Shown: positions 16,782 to 24,100 of the stretch, in pieces
Numbering within the stretch: position 1 is the stretch's first letter
Layout of the letters: each line of letters starts with the position of its first letter
The notes under the pieces: generated by a model
What the model saw: the letters and a program-made list of their open reading frames with translations, nothing else
The model's database searches: none
What the model was told of the DNA's origin: nothing
Position numbers and translations under genes: made by a program
Origin: Polyangiaceae bacterium
GTDB lineage: Bacteria > Myxococcota_A > Polyangia > Polyangiales > Polyangiaceae
Assembly (NCBI GenBank): GCA_035063585.1
Contig: JAPSGB010000057.1
Coordinates: forward strand, 1 to 24,100
Direction: 5' to 3'
DNA length: 24,100 nt

Positions 16782-18919
16782 AGTTCGGCCTGATCCACCG
16801 GATCATGACCGACGCGCTCGCCGCGCTCGGGCTGCTCGCGCTGGTCACGAGCGGCGAGCTCCCGCGCGCGGTGAGCGTCACCCTGCTCGTCGCGCTGGCG
16901 GTCGCGCTCTTCCTGCCGGAGCGCTGGCAGGCCGCGTCGCTCATGCGCCGCGTCGGCACCTGGGGCCCGCTCGCGCTGCTCCTCGTCGAGCTCGCCCGGC
17001 TCTTCACCGGCGCGGTCGTCCTTCCGCTCGTCATCGAATTCGCGGCCGGTCTGCAGGTCGTCCGGCTCGCCACCCGACGCGGCGCCGCGCACGACCAGCA
17101 GGTCATCCTGCTCGCGCTCCTGCACCTGGTCGCCGGCACCGTGCTCGGCGGCGGGCTCGCCTACGCGCTCTGCTTCCTCGGCTTCCTGGTGATCGCTCCC
17201 GGCGCGCTCGTGCTCAGCCACCTCCGCCGCGAGGTCGAGGGCAATTACCGGCAGGGCGCGCGCGATCGCACCGGGCTCCCGGTCGACGTCCCGCGGATCC
17301 TCCGCAGCCGACGCGTCATCAGCAAGAAATTCCTCGCGATCACCTGTCTGCTGTCGGTCCCGATCTTCCTATTTACCGCGCTCCTCTTCGTCATGTTCCC
17401 GCGGGTCGGGCTCTCGCTCCTCCTGCTCGACCAGTCGACGCCCGGACGCATGATCGGCTTCTCGGACAAGGTCGATCTCGGCGGCGTCGGCACGCTTCGC
17501 ACGAACCCGACCATCGCCATGCGCGTCGAGTACCCGGGGCTGCCGACCCCGCCGCCCGAGCGCCTCGCGCTCTACCTCCGCGGCACCGCCTTCGACTACT
17601 ACGACGGCCGGAGCTGGTCGCGCACGCTGACTCGCCGCACCCTCGCCGACCGGATCGGCTCGGCCGTGCGGATCCAGCGGTTCCCGGACCCGCAACGCGA
17701 TCGGCGCATGACCATCGATCTCGAGCCCATCGAGCCGCCGGTCCTCTTCGTTCCGCTCGACACCATCTCGCTCAAGCTCGCGCCGCGCGGCGCCGCGGTG
17801 CTCGGCGCTCAGCCGAACGTCCTGCTCGGCCCCGAGGACGAGCTCAAGTACGTCACCGAGGACAGCCGCGGCATCCACTACGACGTCTTCTTTGGGCCCT
17901 CCGACACGCGACCCGAGCCGCTCTCGGCGGCGGACCGCGCGCGCTACCTCGCGCTGCCGCCCGCGCTCCCGTCGCGGATCGCGGGGCTCGCGCGACAGTG
18001 GGCGGAGGGCGCGCCGTCGAGCGCCGCTCGCGCCAAGGCCATCGAGACGCACCTTCGCACCGACTACACCTACAACCTGGACTCACCCTCCGGAACCGCG
18101 CCGAACCCGCTCGACGACTTCCTCTTCAACTCGAAGCGCGGTCACTGCGAGTACTACTCGACCGCGATGGCGATCCTGCTCCGCACCCTCGGGGTGCCGA
18201 CCCGCAACGTGACCGGGTTCATCGGCGGGACGTACAACCGCTTCGGGAACTTCTACGCGGTCCGTCAGGGCGACGCCCACTCGTGGGTCGAGGTCTACCT
18301 CGACGATCGCGGCTGGACCCGCTTCGACCCCACGCCGCCCGGCGACTCCGCGCCCAAGAGCGAGATCACCGGCTTCGTGGCGTTCCTCCGCGATCTCGTC
18401 GAGGCGAGCGCCCAACGCTGGAATCGAAATGTCGTCGGCTACGATCTCAAGCAGCAGGTCTCGCTCTTTCACAGGGTCCGCGCCACGTACCGCGGCATCC
18501 GCGGCAAGAGCGGCCTCGAGACCAAGCTCCCGCGCACGGGCGAGGTGTTCGCCGGGCTCGCGCTGGTCCTCGGCGGCGCCTACCTCTGGCGCCGGCGGCG
18601 TCGCCGCGCCACGAGTGAGTCGACCGCGCGCACGCCCGAGCAGCTCGCGGCGCTGCAGGTGGTCGCGCTCTATCGCGCCCTCGAGGACGCCATGATGAGT
18701 CACGGCGTCATGCGCCAAGTCGGGACCCCACCGCTCGCGCATGCGCTCGCGCTGGTCGAGCTCGGTCACCCCATCGGCGCCGAGGTCCTCGCGCTCACCG
18801 AGCTCTATCTCGAGGTCCGCTTCGGCGAGCGCATCCTCACCGACGCCGAGCGGCGAACGTTCGTCGAGCGCGTCCGCGCCGTGAGGCAACTCCGCGACAC
18901 GCCGCGTCGCGCCGCGTGA
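16778..18919 (+). CDS. tgpA: TgpA-like membrane transglutaminase-family protein (DUF3488 + transglutaminase core + DUF4129-like tail)
   Basis: Multi-TM N-terminus, FPRVG, YLRGTAFDYYDG, and the catalytic-triad motifs GHCEYY, AHSWVEVY and WTRFDPTP. GTGA overlap with the DUF58 gene. Confidence 0.92.
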   Translation: MKFGLIHRIMTDALAALGLLALVTSGELPRAVSVTLLVALAVALFLPERWQAASLMRRVGTWGPLALLLVELARLFTGAVVLPLVIEFAAGLQVVRLATRRGAAHDQQVILLALLHLVAGTVLGGGLAYALCFLGFLVIAPGALVLSHLRREVEGNYRQGARDRTGLPVDVPRILRSRRVISKKFLAITCLLSVPIFLFTALLFVMFPRVGLSLLLLDQSTPGRMIGFSDKVDLGGVGTLRTNPTIAMRVEYPGLPTPPPERLALYLRGTAFDYYDGRSWSRTLTRRTLADRIGSAVRIQRFPDPQRDRRMTIDLEPIEPPVLFVPLDTISLKLAPRGAAVLGAQPNVLLGPEDELKYVTEDSRGIHYDVFFGPSDTRPEPLSAADRARYLALPPALPSRIAGLARQWAEGAPSSAARAKAIETHLRTDYTYNLDSPSGTAPNPLDDFLFNSKRGHCEYYSTAMAILLRTLGVPTRNVTGFIGGTYNRFGNFYAVRQGDAHSWVEVYLDDRGWTRFDPTPPGDSAPKSEITGFVAFLRDLVEASAQRWNRNVVGYDLKQQVSLFHRVRATYRGIRGKSGLETKLPRTGEVFAGLALVLGGAYLWRRRRRRATSESTARTPEQLAALQVVALYRALEDAMMSHGVMRQVGTPPLAHALALVELGHPIGAEVLALTELYLEVRFGERILTDAERRTFVERVRAVRQLRDTPRRAA

Positions 18920-19027
18920 CACCCGCGCCACGGGTGGGCCGCGGCGGCACGCTCACCACCCGCGCGTGATGCCTGCATTTCTCGCGCCGCCAGCAAACGC
19001 TGCGCGCTAGCGACGCACATTCTGCGT

Positions 19028-19558
19028 CTACCCGCGAGCCCGTCGCAGCACCACTCGCGCAGGCTCATCCGAGCCAGCCGAGCGCGACACACCGAACGCG
19101 ACCCCTGCCGGGGGCCGCGCGCGCAGGGCGTCGAACTCGAGATCGGGCCGGCCTTGCTCGATCCAGGCGACCACGACCGTGCGATCCGTCGCGAGCGCAC
19201 CGGCTTCGGCGACCTGCACGACGTCTACCGCGACCCCCCGCCGAAGCTCATCCGCGGTCACCGCGCGCTGGAAGGAGCCGAGCGGCCGGGCGTACTCGCC
19301 GGGTCGCCGCCCTTCCTGATCCACGCTGTCCGACGTGTACGACTGCACGATGAGCCGTAGCCCGTCGCCATCCACCCCGTCCGCGAGCGCCCCGAATTCC
19401 GACGAAATCTCCGCCCTTACCCGCTGCACGGGACCGAGCCCGAGCGTGGTCGCCGCGACCAACGCCATCCACGACGCCCCCGCCGCCACGCTCGCGACGC
19501 GGCTGCTCGGACGCGGCTTCTGAGCCGGGGATTTGCGGGGCGACTTCACGGGCCTCAT
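19028..19558 (-). CDS. hypothetical exported or membrane-anchored protein
   Basis: Basic N-terminus and hydrophobic stretch, then a compact domain (LRLIVQSY...QRAVTADELRRGVAVDVV...VVAWIE...DLEFDALRARP). TACGTT lies 6 nt before the ATG. Confidence 0.8.
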   Translation of the reverse strand: MRPVKSPRKSPAQKPRPSSRVASVAAGASWMALVAATTLGLGPVQRVRAEISSEFGALADGVDGDGLRLIVQSYTSDSVDQEGRRPGEYARPLGSFQRAVTADELRRGVAVDVVQVAEAGALATDRTVVVAWIEQGRPDLEFDALRARPPAGVAFGVSRSAGSDEPARVVLRRARG

Positions 19559-19588
19559 GGGAAGAACGTATTCGGGAGGGAAAATGTT

Positions 19589-19607
19589 TCAGTTGCCGGC
19601 CAACTGA
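19589..19607. promoter_or_regulatory. inverted repeat TCAGTTG-N5-CAACTGA, candidate operator
   Basis: Perfect 7-bp arms in an AT-enriched patch ~30-50 nt upstream of the 19558 start. Confidence 0.45.
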
Positions 19608-19735
19608 CGAAAAGACCATAAGCACGATTCATGCCATCTTGGCGCGAGCACGGGCCGGGCCTCCGACCGGCGCTCGCCCCGAGGGGTTCCGCGCCGTTCC
19701 GACACCCGGCCCCGGAGGCTTCTTGGCCGGGCGAG

Positions 19736-21109
19736 CTAGGGCTCGCGCGCGGCGAAGATCCGGGTGAGCCAGTCGAGCGCGTCCGGGCAGCGGCCGGCCC
19801 CTCTCACGGGTGACGCGCGGTCGTAAGGACCGGCCACGACCGCGACATCGCGATCACGCCGCTCGACCGCGAAGGGCCCCCGGTCTGCGCGCTCGACGCA
19901 GCTCGCGCCCCGCTGGGCTCGCGCGCCAGCCTCGTCGGAGCTCGCCACGGCGCCGCCGAGCAACCCGCGCGCGAAGGCCCCGAGCCCCCGCTCCGCGGCG
20001 CCCGCGGTGTCGAAGCGCACCCGCCACGCGAGCGCGTAACGATCACCATCGCGAAAGACCGCCAGGCGATCGCCGCCCCAGTCGCTCGCGCTCTCGGCGG
20101 CGGTGCGCTCGGGCATCCACTCCCCGAAGAGCAGGCGCAGCCCCTGCTCGCCGACCACGTCATGATAGATGACGCGCGCCGGACCGCGCGCGCCGGGCGG
20201 GGGGACGGCGACGACCTCGGCGGGCTCCCGCGCTTGGAGCTTCTCGGGGTGGAGGAGCTGCTCGGTCGTGGCCGGCGGCGCGCGCCAGAGCTGGTCGACC
20301 GCGGCCCAACCGCCGCGGCGCCTGGCCCAGTGCACGAGCGCGACGCCGTCGAGGTACGGCGACACCAGTGATGTCCGCAAGATGTGCGGGATGCGCGGGT
20401 TCTCAGGGCTGGCCGTCACCGCGCCGCCCACCTGCAAGCGGATGAGCGCGTCCGGCAGATCCGTGGCGAGACGGCCCTGCGGCGCGAGCAGCGCGTCGAA
20501 CATCGCGCTGGTCGCGTCGCCCTCGGCGAGCGCGTGGAGCGCGCTCTGCTCGTCCGACGCGTCCTCGCGAAAAGCGAACCGCGGCTCGAGATCGTAATGT
20601 TGATCCTGCAGCGCGTGCACGAGCTCGTGATCGAGCGTGGCCGCGAGCTCCGCGCCTCGGAGGTCCTCGCCGAGGATCATCTCCTTCGTCTTCGGCTGAT
20701 AGAACCCCGCGAGCTCGCTCTCCATCAGCTCGAGCAGACTCGCCTCGAAGTCGAACTCCGCTGGTACCAAGCCGAGCGCGAAGAGCTCCTCCGTCTGCGC
20801 GGCGAGCACCTCGGCGGGCGTGCCCTCGCGCAGCTCCTCGCGCACGAGCGCGATCATCTCCGCGCGCGTCACGAGCCGCCCGCGCACCGGGCCGCGCGCC
20901 GGCAGCTCGCGCACCCGCGACACCCGCTCGAGCGCGCGCGCGATGAAGCTGTCGATACCGCGCGCCGGCGCGGGTGCGTCCATCCCGCGCGGAGGCCTGG
21001 GTGCCGGTCCGTCGCGGCCGGCGGCGCGGCCCGGCTCGCGCGGCGGCTCACCGGTCGCGCCGCACGCGCTCGCGAGCAGGGCGAGCGCGAGCACCGGCCC
21101 CCGCATCAC
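19736..21109 (-). CDS. lipoprotein, putative zinc metallopeptidase (HExxH...E)
   Basis: [10 protein letters not shown] lipobox, [15 protein letters not shown] and ALAEGDAT third-ligand motif. The start overlaps the rpe stop. Confidence 0.85.
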   Translation of the reverse strand: MMRGPVLALALLASACGATGEPPREPGRAAGRDGPAPRPPRGMDAPAPARGIDSFIARALERVSRVRELPARGPVRGRLVTRAEMIALVREELREGTPAEVLAAQTEELFALGLVPAEFDFEASLLELMESELAGFYQPKTKEMILGEDLRGAELAATLDHELVHALQDQHYDLEPRFAFREDASDEQSALHALAEGDATSAMFDALLAPQGRLATDLPDALIRLQVGGAVTASPENPRIPHILRTSLVSPYLDGVALVHWARRRGGWAAVDQLWRAPPATTEQLLHPEKLQAREPAEVVAVPPPGARGPARVIYHDVVGEQGLRLLFGEWMPERTAAESASDWGGDRLAVFRDGDRYALAWRVRFDTAGAAERGLGAFARGLLGGAVASSDEAGARAQRGASCVERADRGPFAVERRDRDVAVVAGPYDRASPVRGAGRCPDALDWLTRIFAAREP

Positions 21110-21774
21110 GCGCCCTGCGCGGCGGCGCGGATCGCCGCGATCGACGCCGCGCGATCTTCGTGCCCGAACACCGCGGAGCCGGCCACCAGCACGCGCGCGC
21201 CGGCCTCGACCACCGCGCGCGCGGTCGCGGGCGACACGCCGCCGTCGACCTCGAGCTCGGTCGAGAGGCCCGCGCGATCGATCATCTGGCGCAACGCGGC
21301 GACCTTCGGCAGCACCGAGGGGAGGAACGCCTGGCCGCCGAACCCCGGGTTCACGCTCATCACCAGCACCAGATCAGCGTCCTCGAGCACGTAGCGGATC
21401 GCCTCCTCCGGAGTGTGCGGGTTCAAGACCACGCCCGCGCGCTTGCCGAGCCGGCGGATCTCGGCGAGCGTGCGCTGCAGGTGCGTGCTCGCCTCGACGT
21501 GCACGCTGATGACGTCCGCGCCGGCCTCCGCGAACGCTTCGACGTAGCGCTCGGGCTCGACGATCATGAGGTGCACGTCGACCGGGAGCGCGGTCGCCCT
21601 CCGCACCGCGCCGACCACCAGCGGGCCGAGCGTGAGGTTCGGCACGAACCGCCCGTCCATCACGTCGACGTGGATCCAGTCGGCCCCGCCGCGCTCCGCG
21701 TCTCGCACCTCCTCGGCCAGCCGACCGAGATCGGCGCTCAGAATCGACGGTGCGATGCGAACGGGAGCGGCCAT
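21106..21774 (-). CDS. rpe: ribulose-phosphate 3-epimerase
   Basis: [43 protein letters not shown] and VAGSAVF motifs. Confidence 0.97.
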   Translation of the reverse strand: MAAPVRIAPSILSADLGRLAEEVRDAERGGADWIHVDVMDGRFVPNLTLGPLVVGAVRRATALPVDVHLMIVEPERYVEAFAEAGADVISVHVEASTHLQRTLAEIRRLGKRAGVVLNPHTPEEAIRYVLEDADLVLVMSVNPGFGGQAFLPSVLPKVAALRQMIDRAGLSTELEVDGGVSPATARAVVEAGARVLVAGSAVFGHEDRAASIAAIRAAAQGA

Positions 21775-21921
21775 GACGCCACGGAGATACACGACGCCGG
21801 GCAGCGCGGCCAGCCCGGCGCGCCCACCAGCGCTCCCGCGCGCGCCTGACAATTTGCCCGCCGCCCTGCCCGGAGCCGCGTGGTACGCTCGGGCCTCGCC
21901 TCCTCGGGCAGAGAAGAACCC

Positions 21922-22362
21922 ATGATCACGCGGGAACTCGGCAAGCAGGACTACGATCACATCGTCCAGGTGATCGACCGCTGGTGGGGCGGGCCGACCA
22001 GCGCGCTCGCGCACCCGATCTTCTTCTACGAGCTCGGCTCGCTCGCGCGGGTCGTCGATCACGACGGGGTCATGGTCGGGTTCTTGTTCGGCTTCGTCGT
22101 GCCGGAGCCCCGGAAGACGGGCTACGTCCACCTGGTCGGAATCCATCCCGATTTTCGCCGACGCGGGGTCGGCAAGGTCCTCTACCAGAGCTTCGAGGAG
22201 GACTGCCGCCGCGCCGGGTGCGAGCGCCTGAAGGCGATCACCACCACGGGCAACGAGGGCTCGATCGCGTTTCACCGCGCCACCGGCTGGACGGCCACGC
22301 ACGTCGAAGAATACGCGGGCCCCGCCCGGCCCCGCGTGATCTTCGAGAAAGCGCTCGTCTGA
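21922..22362 (+). CDS. GNAT-family N-acetyltransferase
   Basis: [20 protein letters not shown] (motif A) and NEGSIAFH (motif B). Purine-rich RBS, with TGG-TACGCT further upstream. Confidence 0.92.
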   Translation: MITRELGKQDYDHIVQVIDRWWGGPTSALAHPIFFYELGSLARVVDHDGVMVGFLFGFVVPEPRKTGYVHLVGIHPDFRRRGVGKVLYQSFEEDCRRAGCERLKAITTTGNEGSIAFHRATGWTATHVEEYAGPARPRVIFEKALV

Positions 22363-22449
22363 GCGGCCTGCTCGAGGATCGATCATGAAGAGCTCGACAC
22401 CGGCCGCGGCGCGCCGTCGCGCGCGCCCCTCCCGGCGAGGGTCCTGACC

Positions 22450-23262
22450 ATGGACTCTCGCGGGCCAGTTCCGTCGAATTCCGTCCGCTCCGCGCGCCAC
22501 GCCCGCGAGCAGCTCGCCGACGCGCTCGGCGCGCTGCAGCGCCTCGAGGCCGCGAGCCCGCGCGGACTCGGCGCCATCATCTCCGAGACCGCCGCCGCGT
22601 CGAGCGCGCTCTACGAGGTCGAGGCCGGCATCGCCAACTCGATGGAGGGAGTCGCCGACGCGATCGAGCGGCTCGGCGGGGTACTGGCGACACTTCAGCG
22701 CGCTGGGCAAGGGGATCCGGCGCTCTTCGCCACCGCCGAGACGGTGGCGCGGACCCTGGCGCTCCTCTATCCAGTCGCGCGCATTCATCAACGCCGGGAG
22801 CGACGCGAGGTCGTGCTGCCCGATCTGGCGGCCGCGGGCGGCGAGCGCACCTCGACCATCCCGCCAGCTCCCGAGGCGACCGGCAGGCCACGCCAACCGA
22901 CGCCGTTCGACGGCAGCGACAAGCGCGCTCGCGGCCAGCGTGTCTTCGTCGAGACCGACATCGGGCTCTCGAGCGAGTCCAACTTCTACACGGGGCTGTC
23001 GCAGGATCTCTCGACCGGCGGCGTCTTCATCGCGACCTACCACCCGAAGCCGCCGGGCACCCCGATCAGTCTCTTCTTCGCGCTCCCCGACGGACACGCG
23101 GTCAATGCGGAGGGCATCGTGCGCTGGACGCGCGCGGCCAGCCCCGACGCGCCGCCCGGCATGGGCGTCCAATTTCAACATCTATCCGAGACCGATCTCG
23201 CCGCCATCGAGCGCTTCTGCCGCGAACGCGCGCCGCTCTACTTCGACACCGACGAGCCCTGA
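22450..23262 (+). CDS. TIGR02266-type / PilZ-like domain protein with helical N-terminal region
   Basis: KRARGQRV...[22 protein letters not shown]...GIVRW...PGMGVQF. Confidence 0.88.
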   Translation: MDSRGPVPSNSVRSARHAREQLADALGALQRLEAASPRGLGAIISETAAASSALYEVEAGIANSMEGVADAIERLGGVLATLQRAGQGDPALFATAETVARTLALLYPVARIHQRRERREVVLPDLAAAGGERTSTIPPAPEATGRPRQPTPFDGSDKRARGQRVFVETDIGLSSESNFYTGLSQDLSTGGVFIATYHPKPPGTPISLFFALPDGHAVNAEGIVRWTRAASPDAPPGMGVQFQHLSETDLAAIERFCRERAPLYFDTDEP

Positions 23263-23443
23263 GGCCCAGGCGGCCTTTGCGTCATCGCGAATCGGAGATA
23301 AGGTGCGAAGTCGCGAGGCGCCCCGGCGGCTCGCCCACTCGGAGCAACTCCTTGACCCGCCAATCGTCGGTCGCCTCCGCGCACGCTCTCCTCGGGGTCG
23401 CGGCCGACCAGCGCGCGCCCGTCGAGCAGCGGAGGGCGCTGCC

Positions 23444-23947
23444 ATGACCGAGCACCCGGCGTTCACCATCACCGAGCTTCGCGCCATCGGGCTCTTCGGC
23501 GCGCTCTCCGACGATATCCTGGCGCACCTCGCCTCCACGCTCGCGCCGCTCACGCCCTCGACCGGAGAGCTCGTCTTTCGCGAGGGCGAGGAGGCGCGCG
23601 AGATGTACGTCGTGGTGAGCGGCGAGATGGAGGTCGTGAAGCGCAGCAAGCACGGCGTGGACGCGCGGGTCGCCCTGCTCGGCCCCGGCGACTGGTTCGG
23701 CGAGATGAGCATCCTCGACGTCCAGCCGCGCTCCGCGACGGTCCGCGCGCTCGCGCCGGCGCGACTCCTCCGCATCACGGCTGCCGACCTCGACGCGCTC
23801 TACCGCCACGACCTCAAGGCGTACGCCCTCATCGTGCTGAACCTCGCGCGCGAGCTGAGTCGGCGGCTGCGGGTAGCGGACGGCATCCTCGCGGACTTCG
23901 TCGCGAACGTCCTGGTTCGCTACGTCGGGCGCACCGAAGCGCCCTGA
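23444..23947 (+). CDS. stand-alone cyclic-nucleotide-binding domain protein (no HTH)
   Basis: GGAGG RBS. VFREGE, MYVVVSG and phosphate-binding cassette FGEMSILDVQPRSATV. Ends after the C-helix. Confidence 0.92.
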   Translation: MTEHPAFTITELRAIGLFGALSDDILAHLASTLAPLTPSTGELVFREGEEAREMYVVVSGEMEVVKRSKHGVDARVALLGPGDWFGEMSILDVQPRSATVRALAPARLLRITAADLDALYRHDLKAYALIVLNLARELSRRLRVADGILADFVANVLVRYVGRTEAP

Positions 23948-23958
23948 GTCGCCCCCGC

Positions 23959-24100
23959 TCAGTCGCCGGTCGCGGCGTCGCCCGCGCCGCCATCGGAGCC
24001 CGCGCCGCCATCGGAGCCCGCGCCGCCATCGGAGCCCGCGCCGCCATCGGAGCCCGCGCCGCCATCGGAGCCCGCGCCGCCATCGGAGCCCGCGCCGCCA
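23959..24100 (-). CDS. 3' end of a gene running off the window, with a (DGGAGS)n low-complexity tail
   Basis: The frame ending at TGA 23961-23959 reads ...GGAGSDGGAGSDGGAGDAATGD* with GC3-favoured codons. Confidence 0.65.
   Translation of the reverse strand, partial: GGAGSDGGAGSDGGAGSDGGAGSDGGAGSDGGAGSDGGAGDAATGD
23981..24100. repeat. perfect 18-bp tandem repeat CCCGCGCCGCCATCGGAG, 6 full copies plus a partial copy
   Basis: Directly visible; continues to the window edge. Confidence 0.97.

Noticed and set aside
14702..18919. MoxR-DUF58-transglutaminase operon as a novel system
   Set aside because: This three-gene arrangement is widespread and already described, although its substrates remain poorly known.
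21775..23181. Long N-terminal extension of rpe (691 aa call)
   Set aside because: Antisense shadow of the GNAT and TIGR02266 genes. Rpe starts at ATG 21774.
23829..24083. ORF with (MAARAP)n repeats
   Set aside because: Wrong frame of the 18-bp repeat and overlaps the cNMP gene. The DGGAGS frame ends cleanly at 23959.

Overview
Very GC-rich window whose gene content (TIGR02266/PilZ-like protein, Asp/Gly-rich lipoproteins, FecR-TPR-type tail) suggests a myxobacterium; the taxonomy is inferred. The first ~8 kb is accessory and littered with IS debris: a frameshifted IS21 istB remnant, IS66, IS256 and ISKra4 transposase 3' fragments, and a lone IS21-like end. Interleaved are a foreign-looking hypothetical gene, a peptide deformylase with an apparent lipoprotein signal peptide, several lipoproteins and a small lipoprotein/beta-barrel pair. 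A 138-bp structured non-coding element occurs twice (4074-4211, 7871-8008) and brackets most of this debris. From ~8.2 kb the content is core-like: lipoprotein, outer-membrane protein, zapA, TetR, a 1-kb repeat-rich spacer, bioF-bioD (parS site inside bioF), a CcmA-like ATPase, a MoxR-DUF58-transglutaminase operon, a hypothetical, a lipoprotein HExxH peptidase coupled to rpe, then GNAT, TIGR02266 and cNMP-binding genes and an 18-bp repeat gene tail. Several genes have a -10 hexamer 6-8 nt before the start codon, suggesting leaderless mRNAs. I recognised no tRNA, rRNA or CRISPR array. Family calls come from motifs read by eye, not database searches.
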